Assembly: GCF_009914755.1 (NCBI RefSeq)
Contig: NC_060925.1
Strand: one strand, 5' to 3'
Length of the DNA: 64,000 nt
Source: the human T2T-CHM13v2.0 reference genome, Homo sapiens
The translations under genes and the position numbers were made by a program. The notes under the pieces were generated by a model. That model had not been told where the DNA came from, ran no database searches, and was given only the letters and a program-made list of their open reading frames with translations. Below are positions 13,801 to 26,900 of this stretch, one piece after another. Every line of letters begins with the position of its first letter. Positions within the stretch are counted from its first letter, which is position 1.

Positions 13801-16032
13801 AAGGGATCATTATTGAATGGAATTGAATGGAATCATCGAATGGTCTCGATTGGAATCATTATCAAATGGAATCGAATGGAATCACCGAATAGAATCGAAT
13901 GGAACAATCATCGAATGGACTCAAATGGAATTATCCTCAAATGGAATCGAATGGAATTATCGAATGCAATCGAATGGAATTATCGAATGCAATCGAATAG
14001 AATCATCGAAAGGACTCGAATGGAATCATCGAATGGAATGGAATGGAACAGTCAGTGAACTCGAATGGAATCATCATTGAATGGAATCGAATGGAATCAT
14101 CGAGTGGAATCGAATGGAATTATGATCAAATGGAATCGAATGTAATCATCATCAAATGGAATCAAAAATAACCATCATCAATTGGTATTGAATGGAATTG
14201 TCATCAAATGGAATTCAAAGGAATCATCATCAAATGGAACCGAATGGAATCCTCATTGAATGGAAATGAAAGGGGTCATCATCTAATGGAATCGCATGGA
14301 ATCATCATCAAATGGAATCGAATGGAATCATCATCAAATGGAATCTAATGGAATCATTGAACAGAATTGAATGGAATGGTCATCGAATGAATTGAATGCA
14401 ATCATCGAATGGTCTCGAATGGAATCATCTTCTAATGGAAAGGAATGGAATCATCGCATAGAATCGAATGGAATTATCATCGAATGGAATCGAATGGTAT
14501 CAACACCAAACGGAAAAAAACGGAATTGTCGAATGGAATCGAAGAGAATCTTCGAACGGACCCGAATGGAATCATCTAATGGAATAGAATGGAATAATCC
14601 ATGGAGTCGAATGCAATCATCATCGAATGGAATCGAATGGAATCATCGAATGGACTCGAATGGAATAATCATTGAACGGAATCGATTGGAATCATCATCG
14701 GATGGAAACGAATGGAATCATCATCGAATGGAAATGAAAGGAGTCATCATCTAATGGAATTGCATGGAATCATCATAAAATGGAATCGAATGGAATCAAC
14801 ATCAAATGGAATCAAATGGAATCATTGAACGGAATTGAATGGAATCGTCATCGAATGAATTGACTGCAATCATCCAATGGTCTCGAATGGAATCATGTTC
14901 AAATGGAATGGAATGGAATAATCGCATAGAATCGAATGGAATTATCATCGAATGGAATCGAATGGAATCAACATCCAACGGAAAAAACGGAATTATCGAA
15001 TGGAATCGAAGAGAATCATCGAATGGACCCGAATGGAATCATCTAATGGAATGGAATGGAATAATCCATGGACTCGAATGCAATCATCATCGAATGGAAT
15101 CGAATGGAATCATCGAATGGACTCGAATGGAATAATCATTGAACGGAATCGAATGGAATCATCATCGGATGGAAATGAATGGAATCATCATCGAATGGAA
15201 TCGAATAGAATTATGGAATGAAATCCAGTGTGATCATCATCGAATGGACCCGAATGGAATCATCATCCAACGGAAGCTAATGGAATCAACATCGAATGAA
15301 TCGAATGGAAACACCATCGAATTGAAACGAATGGAATTATCATGAAATTGAAACGGATGGACACATCATCGAATGGATTCGAATGGAATCATCGAATAAA
15401 ATTGATTGAAATCATCATCAAATGGAATCGAATGGTATCATTGAATGGAATCGAATGGAATCATCATCAGATGGAAATGAATGGAATCGTCATAGAATGG
15501 AATCGAATGGATTCATTGAATGGAATCAGATGGAATCATCGAATGGACTGGAATGGAATCATTGAATGGACTCGAAAGGGATCATGATTGAATGGAATTG
15601 AATGGAATCATCGAATGGTCTCGATTGGAATCATTATCAAATGGAATCGAATGGAATCACCGAATAGAATCGAATGGAACAATCATCGAATGGACTCAAA
15701 TGGAATTATCCTCAAATGGAATCGAATGGAATTATCGAATGCAATCGAATGGAATTATCGAATGCAATCGAATAGAATCATCGAATGGACTCGAATGGAA
15801 TCATCGAATGGAATGGAATGGAACAGTCAATGAACTCGAATGGAATCATCATTGAATGGAATCGAATGGAATCATCGAGTGGAATCGAATGGAATTATGA
15901 TCAAATGGAATCGAATGTAATCATCATCAAATGGAATCAAAAATAACCATCATCAATTGGTATTGAATGGAATTGTCATCAAATGGAATTCAAAGGAATC
16001 ATCATCAAATGGAACCGAATGGAATCCTCATT

Positions 16033-16968
16033 GAATGGAAATGAAAGGGGTCATCATCTAATGGAATCGCATGGAATCATCATCAAATGGAATCGAATGG
16101 AATCATCATCAAATGGAATCTAATGGAATCATTGAACAGAATTGAATGGAATCTTCATCGAATGAATTGAATGCAATCATCGAATGGTCTCGAATGGAAT
16201 CATCTTCTAATGGAAAGGAATGGAATCATCGCATAGAATCGAATGGAATTATCATCGAATGGAATCGAATGGTATCAACACCAAACGGAAAAAAACGGAA
16301 TTATCGAATGGAATCGAAGAGAATCTTCGAACGGACCCGAATGGAATCATCTAATGGAATGGAATGGAATAATCCATCGACTCGAATGCAATCATCATCG
16401 AATGGAATCGAATGGAATCATCGAATGGACTCGAATGGAATAATCATTGAACGGAATCGAATGGAATCATCATCGGATGGAAACGAATGGAATCATCATC
16501 GAATGGAAATGAAAGGAGTCATCATCTAATGGAATTGCATGGAATCATCATAAAATGGAATCGAATGGAATCAACATCAAATGGAATCAAATGGAATCAT
16601 TGAACGGAATTGAATGGAATCGTCATCGAATGAATTGACTGCAATCATCGAATGGTCTCGAATGGAATCATCTTCAAATGGAATGGAATGGAATCATCCC
16701 ATAGAATCGAATGGAATTATCATCGAATGGAATCGAATGGAATCAACATCCAACGGAAAAAAACGGAATTATCGAATGGAATCGAAGAGAATCATCGAAT
16801 GGACCCGAATGGAATCATCTAATGGAATGGAATGGAATAATCCATGGACTCGAATGCAATCATCATCGAATGGAATCGAATGGAATCATCGAATGGACTC
16901 GAATGGAATAATCATTGAACGGAATCGAATGGAATCATCATCGGATGGAAATGAATGGAATCATCATC
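16033..16968 (+). repeat. Internal tandem duplication within the unit: copy A (16033-16500) and copy B (16501-16968), 468 bp each
   Basis: 'gaatggaaatgaaaggggtcatcatctaatggaatcgcat' at 16033 versus 'gaatggaaatgaaaggagtcatcatctaatggaattgcat' at 16501. Paralogous ORFs start at 16146 and 16614. The 468-bp offset recurs in almost every unit. Confidence 0.9.
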
Positions 16969-17921
16969 GAATGGAATCGAATAGAATTATGGAATGAAAT
17001 CCAGTGTGATCATCATCGAATGGACCCGAATGGAATCATCATCCAACGGAAGCTAACGGAATCAACATCGAATGAATCGAATGGAAACACCATCGAATTG
17101 AAACGAATGGAATTATCATGAAATTGAAATGGATGGACTCATCATCGAATGGATTCGAATGGAATCATCGAATAAAATTGATTGAAATCATCATCCAATG
17201 GAATCGAATGGTATCATTGAATGGAATCGAATGGAATCATCATCAGATGGAAATGAATGGAATCGTCATAGAATGGAATCGAATGGATTCATTGAATGGA
17301 ATCAGATGGAATCATCGAATGGACTGGAATGGAATCATTGAATGGACTCGAAAGGGATCATGATTGAATGGAATTGAATGGAATCATCGAATGGTCTCGA
17401 TTGGAATCATTATCAAATGGAATCGAATGGAATCACCGAATAGAATCGAATGGAACAATCATCGAATGGACTCAAATGGAATTATCCTCCAATGGAATCG
17501 AATGGAATTATCGAATGCAATCGAATGGAATTATCGAATGCAATCGAATAGAATCATCGAATGGACTCGAATGGAATCATCGAATGGAATGGAATGGAAC
17601 AGTCAATGAACTCGAATGGAATCATCATTGAATGGAATCGAATGGAATCATCGAGTGGAATCGAATGGAATTATGATCAAATGGAATCGAATGTAATCAT
17701 CATGAAATGGAATCAAAAATAACCATCATCAATTGGTATTGAATGGAATTGTCATCAAATGGAATTCAAAGGAATCATCATCAAATGGAACCGAATGGAA
17801 TCCTCATTGAATGGAAATGAAAGGGGTCATCATCTAATGGAATCGCATGGAATCATCATCAAATGGAATCGAATGGAATCATCATCAAATGGAATCTAAT
17901 GGAATCATTGAACAGAATTGA
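16146..17921 (+). repeat. Representative full-length 1776-bp unit
   Basis: Anchor ORF starts at 16146 and 17922 are 1776 bp apart; 23 of 37 complete intervals have this length. Confidence 0.95.
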
Positions 17922-20900
17922 ATGGAATCGTCATCAAATGAATTGAATGCAATCATCGAATGGTCTCGAATGGAATCATCTTCTAATGGAAAGGAATGGA
18001 ATCATCGCATAGAATCGAATGGAATTATCATCGAATGGAATCGAATGGTATCAACACCAAACGGAAAAAAACGGAATTATCGAATGGAATCGAAGAGAAT
18101 CTTCGAACGGACCCGAATGGAATCATCTAATGGAATGGAATGGAATAATCCATGGACTCGAATGCAATCATCATCGAATGGAATGGAATGGAATCATCGA
18201 ATGGACTCGAATGGAATAATCATTGAACGGAATCGAATGGAATCATCATCGGATGGAAACGAATGGAATCATCATCGAATGGAAATGAAAGGAGTCATCA
18301 TCTAATGGAATTGCATGGAATCATCATAAAATGGAATCGAATGGAATCAACATCAAATGGAATCAAATGGAATCATTGAACGGAATTGAATGGAATCGTC
18401 ATCGAATGAATTGACTGCAATCATCGAATGGTCTCGAATGGAATCATCTTCAAATGGAATGGAATGGAATCATCGCATAGAATCGAATGGAATTATCATC
18501 GAATGGAATCGAATGGAATCAACATCAAACGGAAAAAAACAGAATTATCGTATGGAATCGAAGAGAATCATCGAATGGACCCGAATGGAATCATCTAATG
18601 GAATGGAATGGAATAATCCATGGACTCGAATGCAATCATCATCGAATGGAATCGAATGGAATCATCGAATGGACTCGAATGGAATAATCATTGAACGGAA
18701 TCGAATGGAATCATCATCGGATGGAAATGAATGGAATCATCATCGAATGGAATCGAATAGAATTATGGAATGAAATCCAGTGTGATCATCATCGAATGGA
18801 CCCGAATGGAATCATCATCCAACGGAAGCTAATGGAATCAACATCGAATGAATCGAATGGAAACACCATCGAATTGAAACGAATGGAATTATCATGAAAT
18901 TGAAATGGATGGACTCATCATCGAATGGATTCGAATGGAATCATCGAATAAAATTGATTGAAATCATCATCAAATGGAATCGAATGGTATCATTGAATGG
19001 AATCGAATGGAATCATCATCAGATGGAAATGAATGGAATCGTCATAGAATGGAATCGAATGGATTCATTGAATGGAATCAGATGGAATCATCGAATGGAC
19101 TGGAATGGAATCATTGAATGGACTCGAAAGGGATCATGATTGAATGGAATTGAATGGAATCATCGAATGGTCTCGATTGGAATCATTACCAAATGGAATC
19201 GAATGGAATCACCGAATAGAATCGAATGGAACAATCATCGAATGGACTCAAATGGAATTATCCTCCAATGGAATCGAATGGAATTATCGAATGCAATCAA
19301 ATGGAATTATCGAATGCAATCGAATAGAATCATCGAATGGACTCGAATGGAATCATCGAATGGAATGGAATGGAACAGTCAATGAACTCGAATGGAATCA
19401 TCATTGAATGGAATCGAATGGAATCATCGAGTGGAATCGAATGGAATTATGATCAAATGGAATCGAATGTAATCATCATGAAATGGAATCAAAAATAACC
19501 ATCATCAATTGGTATTGAATGGAATTGTCATCAAATGGAATTCAAAGGAATCATCATCAAATGGAACCGAATGGAATCCTCATTGAATGGAAATGAAAGG
19601 GGTCATCATCTAATGGAATCGCATGGAATCATCATCAAATGGAATCGAATGGAATCATCATCAAATGGAATCTAATGGAATCATTGAACAGAATTGAATG
19701 GAATCGTCATCAAATGAATTGAATGCAATCATCGAATGGTCTCGAATGGAATCATCTTCTAATGGAAAGGAATGGAATCATCGCATAGAATCGAATGGAA
19801 TTATCATCGAATGGAATCGAATGGTATCAACACCAAACGGAAAAAAACGGAATTATCGAATGGAATCGAAGAGAATCTTCGAACGGACCCGAATGGAATC
19901 ATCTAATGGAATGGAATGGAATAATCCATGGACTCGAATGCAATCATCATCGAATGGAATCGAATGGAATCATCGAATGGACTCGAATGGAATAATCATT
20001 GAACGGAATCGAATGGAATCATCATCGGATGGAAACGAATGGAATCATCATCGAATGGAAATGAAAGGAGTCATCATCTAATGGAATTGCATGGAATCAT
20101 CATAAAATGGAATCGAATGGAATCAACATCAAATGGAATCAAATGGAATCATTGAACGGAATTGAATGGAATCGTCATCGAATGAATTGACTGCAATCAT
20201 CGAATGGTCTCGAATGGAATCATCTTCAAATGGAATGGAATGGAATCATCGCATAGAATCGAATGGAATTATCATCGAATGGAATCGAATGGAATCAACA
20301 TCAAACGGAAAAAAACAGAATTATCGTATGGAATCGAAGAGAATCATCGAATGGACCCGAATGGAATCATCTAATGGAATGGAATGGAATAATCCATGGA
20401 CTCGAATGCAATCATCATCGAATGGAATCGAATGGAATCATCGAATGGACTCGAATGGAATAATCATTGAACGGAATCGAATGGAATCATCATCGGATGG
20501 AAATGAATGGAATCATCATCGAATGGAATCGAATAGAATTATGGAATGAAATCCAGTGTGATCATCATCGAATGGACCCGAATGGAATCATCATCCAACG
20601 GAAGCTAATGGAATCAACATCGAATGAATCGAATGGAAACACCATCGAATTGAAACGAATGGAATTATCATGAAATTGAAATGGATGGACTCATCATCGA
20701 ATGGATTCGAATGGAATCATCGAATAAAATTGATTGAAATCATCATCAAATGGAATCGAATGGTATCATTGAATGGAATCGAATGGAATCATCATCAGAT
20801 GGAAATGAATGGAATCGTCATAGAATGGAATCGAATGGATTCATTGAATGGAATCAGATGGAATCATCGAATGGACTGGAATGGAATCATTGAATGGACT

Positions 20901-23900
20901 CGAAAGGGATCATTATTGAATGGAATTGAATGGAATCATCGAATGGTCTCGATTGGAATCATTACCAAATGGAATCGAATGGAATCACCGAATAGAATCG
21001 AATGGAACAATCATCGAATGGACTCAAATGGAATTATCCTCAAATGGAATCGAATGGAATTATCGAATGCAATCGAATGGAATTATCGAATGCAATCGAA
21101 TAGAATCATCGAAAGGACTCGAATGGAATCATCGAATGGAATGGAATGGAACAGTCAATGAACTCGAATGGAATCATCATTGAATGGAATCGAATGGAAT
21201 CATCGAGTGGAATCGAATGGAATTATGATCAAATGGAATCGAATGTAATCATCATCAAATGGAATAAAAAATAACCATCATCAATTGGTATTGAATGGAA
21301 TTGTCATCAAATGGAATTCAAAGGAATCATCATCAAATGGAACCGAATGGAATCCTCATTGAATGGAAATGAAAGGGGTCATCATCTAATGGAATCGCAT
21401 GGAATCATCATCAAATGGAATCGAATGGAATCATCATCAAATGGAATCTAATGGAATCATTGAACAGAATTGAATGGAATCGTCATCGAATGAATTGAAT
21501 GCAATCATCGAATGGTCTCGAATGGAATCATCTTCTAATGGAAAGGAATGGAATCATCGCATAGAATCGAATGGAATTATCATCGAATGGAATCGAATGG
21601 TATCAACACCAAACGGAAAAAAACGGAATTATCGAATGGAATCGAAGAGAATCTTCGAACGGACACGAATGGAATCATCTAATGGAATGGAATGGAATAA
21701 TCCATGGACTCGAATGCAATCATCATCGAATGGAATCGAATGGAATCATCGAATGGACTCGAATGGAATAATCATTGAACGGAATCGAATGGAATCATCA
21801 TCGGATGGAAACGAATGGAATCATCATCGAATGGAAATGAAAGGAGTCATCATCTAATGGAATTGCATGGAATCATCATCAAATGGAATCGAATGGAATC
21901 AACATCAAATGGAATCAAATGGAATCATTGAACGGAATTGAATGGAATCGTCATCGAATGAATTGACTGCAATCATCGAATGGTCTCGAATGGAATCATC
22001 TTCAAATGGAATGGAATGGAATCATCGCATAGAATCGAATGGAATTATCATCGAATGGAATCGAATGGAATCAACATCAAACGGAAAAAAACAGAATTAT
22101 CGTATGGAATCGAAGAGAATCATCGAATGGACCCGAATGGAATCATCTAATGGAATGGAATGGAATAATCCATGGACTCGAATGCAATCATCATCGAATG
22201 GAATCGAATGGAATCATCGAATGGACTCGAATGGAATAATCATTGAACGGAATCGAATGGAATAATCATCGGATGGAAATGAATGGAATCATCATCGAAT
22301 GGAATCGAATAGAATTATGGAATGAAATCCAGTGTGATCCTCATCGAATGGACCCGAATGGAATCATCATCCAACGGAAGCTAATGGAATCAACATCGAA
22401 TGAATCGAATGGAAACACCATCGAATTGAAACGAATGGAATTATCATGAAATTGAAATGGATGGACTCATCATCGAATGGATTCGAATGGAATCATCGAA
22501 TAAAATTGATTGAAATCATCATCAAATGGAATCGAATGGTATCATTGAATGGAATCGAATGGAATCATCATCAGATGGAAATGAATGGAATCGTCATAGA
22601 ATGGAATCGAATGGATTCATTGAATGGAATCAGATGGAATCATCGAATGGACTGGAATGGAATCATTGAATGGACTCGAAAGGGATCATGATTGAATGGA
22701 ATTGAATGGAATCATCGAATGGTCTCGATTGGAATCATTACCAAATGGAATCGAATGGAATCACCGAATAGAATCGAATGGAACAATCATCGAATGGACT
22801 CAAATGGAATTATCCTCAAATGGAATCGAATGGAATTATCGAACTGCAATCGAATGGAATTATCGAATGCAATCGAATAGAATCATTGAAAGGACTCGAA
22901 TGGAATCATCGAATGGAATGGAATGGAACAGTCAATGAACTCGAATGGAATCATCATTGAATGGAATCGAATGAAATCATCGAATGGAATCGAATGGAAT
23001 TATGATCAAATGGAATCGAATGTAATCATCATCAAATGGAATCAAAAATAACCATCATCAATTGGTATTGAATGGAATTGTCATCAAATGGAATTCAAAG
23101 GAATCATCATCAAATGGAACCGAATGGAATCCTCATTGAATGGAAATGAAAGGGGTCATCATCTAATGGAATCGCATGGAATCATCATCAAATGGAATCG
23201 AATGGAATCATCATCAAATGGAATCTAATGGAATCATTGAACAGAATTGAATGGAATCTTCATCGAATGAATTGAATGCAATCATCGAATGGTCTCGAAT
23301 GGAATCATCTTCTAATGGAAAGGAATGGAATCATCGCATAGAATCGAATGGAATTATCATCGAATGGAATCGAATGGTATCAACACCAAACGGAAAAAAA
23401 CGGAATTATCGAATGGAATCGAAGAGAATCTTCGAACGGACCCGAATGGAATCATCTAATGGAATGGAATGGAATAATCCATCGACTCGAATGCAATCAT
23501 CATCGAATGGAATCGAATGGAATCATCGAATGGACTCGAATGGAATAATCATTGAACGGAATCGAATGGAATCATCATCGGATGGAAACGAATGGAATCA
23601 TCATCGAATGGAAATGAAAGGAGTCATCATCTAATGGAATTGCATGGAATCATCATAAAATGGAATCGAATGGAATCAACATCAAATGGAATCAAATGGA
23701 ATCATTGAACGGAATTGAATGGAATCGTCATCGAATGAATTGACTGCAGTCATCGAATGGTCTCGAATGGAATCATCTTCAAATGGAATGGAATGGAATC
23801 ATCCCATAGAATCGAATGGAATTATCATCGAATGGAATCGAATGGAATCAACATCAAACGGAAAAAAACGGAATTATCGAATGGAATCGAAGAGAATCAT

Positions 23901-26900
23901 CGAATGGACCCGAATGGAATCATCTAATGGAATGGAATGGAATAATCCATGGACTCGAATGCAATCATCATCGAATGGAATCGAATGGAATCATCGAATG
24001 GACTCGAATGGAATAATCATTGAACGGAATCGAATGGAATCATCATCGGATGGAAATGAATGGAATCATCATCGAATGGAATCGAATAGAATTATGGAAT
24101 GAAATCCAGTGTGATCATCATCGAATGGACCCGAATGGAATCATCATCCAACGGAAGCTAACGGAATCAACATCGAATGAATCGAATGGAAACACCATCG
24201 AATTGAAACGAATGGAATTATCATGAAATTGAAATGGATGGACTCATCATCGAATGGATTCGAATGGAATCATCGAATAAAATTGATTGAAATCATCATC
24301 CAATGGAATCGAATGGTATCATTGAATGGAATCGAATGGAATCATCATCAGATGGAAATGAATGGAATCGTCATAGAATGGAATCGAATGGATTCATTGA
24401 ATGGAATCAGATGGAATCATCGAATGGACTGGAATGGAATCATTGAATGGACTCGAAAGGGATCATGATTGAATGGAATTGAATGGAATCATCGAATGGT
24501 CTCGATTGGAATCATTATCAAATGGAATCGAATGGAATCACCGAATAGAATCGAATGGAACAATCATCGAATGGACTCAAATGGAATTATCCTCCAATGG
24601 AATCGAATGGAATTATCGAATGCAATCGAATGGAATTATCGAATGCAATCGAATAGAATCATCGAATGGACTCGAATGGAATCATCGAATGGAATGGAAT
24701 GGAACAGTCAATGAACTCGAATGGAATCATCATTGAATGGAATCGAATGGAATCATCGAGTGGAATCGAATGGAATTATGATCAAATGGAATCGAATGTA
24801 ATCATCATGAAATGGAATCAAAAATAACCATCATCAATTGGTATTGAATGGAATTGTCATCAAATGGAATTCAAAGGAATCATCATCAAATGGAACCGAA
24901 TGGAATCCTCATTGAATGGAAATGAAAGGGGTCATCATCTAATGGAATCGCATGGAATCATCATCAAATGGAATCGAATGGAATCATCATCAAATGGAAT
25001 CTAATGGAATCATTGAACAGAATTGAATGGAATCGTCATCAAATGAATTGAATGCAATCATCGAATGGTCTCGAATGGAATCATCTTCTAATGGAAAGGA
25101 ATGGAATCATCGCATAGAATCGAATGGAATTATCATCGAATGGAATCGAATGGTATCAACACCAAACGGAAAAAAACGGAATTATCGAATGGAATCGAAG
25201 AGAATCTTCGAACGGACCCGAATGGAATCATCTAATGGAATGGAATGGAATAATCCATGGACTCGAATGCAATCATCATCGAATGGAATGGAATGGAATG
25301 GAATCATCGAATGGACTCGAATGGAATAATCATTGAACGGAATCGAATGGAATCATCATCGGATGGAAACGAATGGAATCATCATCGAATGGAAATGAAA
25401 GGAGTCATCATCTAATGGAATTGCATGGAATCATCATCAAATGGAATCGAATGGAATCAACATCAAATGGAATCAAATGGAATCATTGAACGGAATTGAA
25501 TGGAATCGTCATCGAATGAATTGACTGCAATCATCGAATGGTCTCGAATGGAATCATCTTCAAATGGAATGGAATGGAATCATCGCATAGAATCGAATGG
25601 AATTATCATCGAATGGAATCGAATGGAATCAACATCAAACGGAAAAAAACAGAATTATCGTATGGAATCGAAGAGAATCATCGAATGGACCCGAATGGAA
25701 TCATCTAATGGAATGGAATGGAATAATCCATGGACTCGAATGCAATCATCATCGAATGGAATCGAATGGAATCATCGAATGGACTCGAATGGAATAATCA
25801 TTGAACGGAATCGAATGGAATCATCATCGGATGGAAATGAATGGAATCATCATCGAATGGAATCGAATAGAATTATGGAATGAAATCCAGTGTGATCATC
25901 ATCGAATGGACCCGAATGGAATCATCATCCAACGGAAGCTAATGGAATCAACATCGAATGAATCGAATGGAAACACCATCGAATTGAAACGAATGGAATT
26001 ATCATGAAATTGAAATGGATGGACTCATCATCGAATGGATTCGAATGGAATCATCGAATAAAATTGATTGAAATCATCATCAAATGGAATCGAATGGTAT
26101 CATTGAATGGAATCGAATGGAATCATCATCAGATGGAAATGAATGGAATCGTCATAGAATGGAATCGAATGGATTCATTGAATGGAATCAGATGGAATCA
26201 TCGAATGGACTGGAATGGAATCATTGAATGGACTCGAAAGGGATCATGATTGAATGGAATTGAATGGAATCATCGAATGGTCTCGATTGGAATCATTACC
26301 AAATGGAATCGAATGGAATCACCGAATAGAATCGAATGGAACAATCATCGAATGGACTCAAATGGAATTATCCTCCAATGGAATCGAATGGAATTATCGA
26401 ATGCAATCGAATGGAATTATCGAATGCAATCGAATAGAATCATCGAATGGACTCGAATGGAATCATCGAATGGAATGGAATGGAACAGTCAATGAACTCG
26501 AATGGAATCATCATTGAATGGAATCGAATGGAATCATCGAGTGGAATCGAATGGAATTATGATCAAATGGAATCGAATGTAATCATCATGAAATGGAATC
26601 AAAAATAACCATCATCAATTGGTATTGAATGGAATTGTCATCAAATGGAATTCAAAGGAATCATCATCAAATGGAACCGAATGGAATCCTCATTGAATGG
26701 AAATGAAAGGGGTCATCATCTAATGGAATCGCATGGAATCATCATCAAATGGAATCGAATGGAATCATCATCAAATGGAATCTAATGGAATCATTGAACA
26801 GAATTGAATGGAATCGTCATCAAATGAATTGAATGCAATCATCGAATGGTCTCGAATGGAATCATCTTCTAATGGAAAGGAATGGAATCATCGCATAGAA

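Noticed and set aside
13567-14058. Longer 163-aa ORF (also at 20670 and 44828)
   Set aside because: It arises from a single TGA>TTA variant (tcatgattg > tcattattg) fusing two artefactual ORFs.
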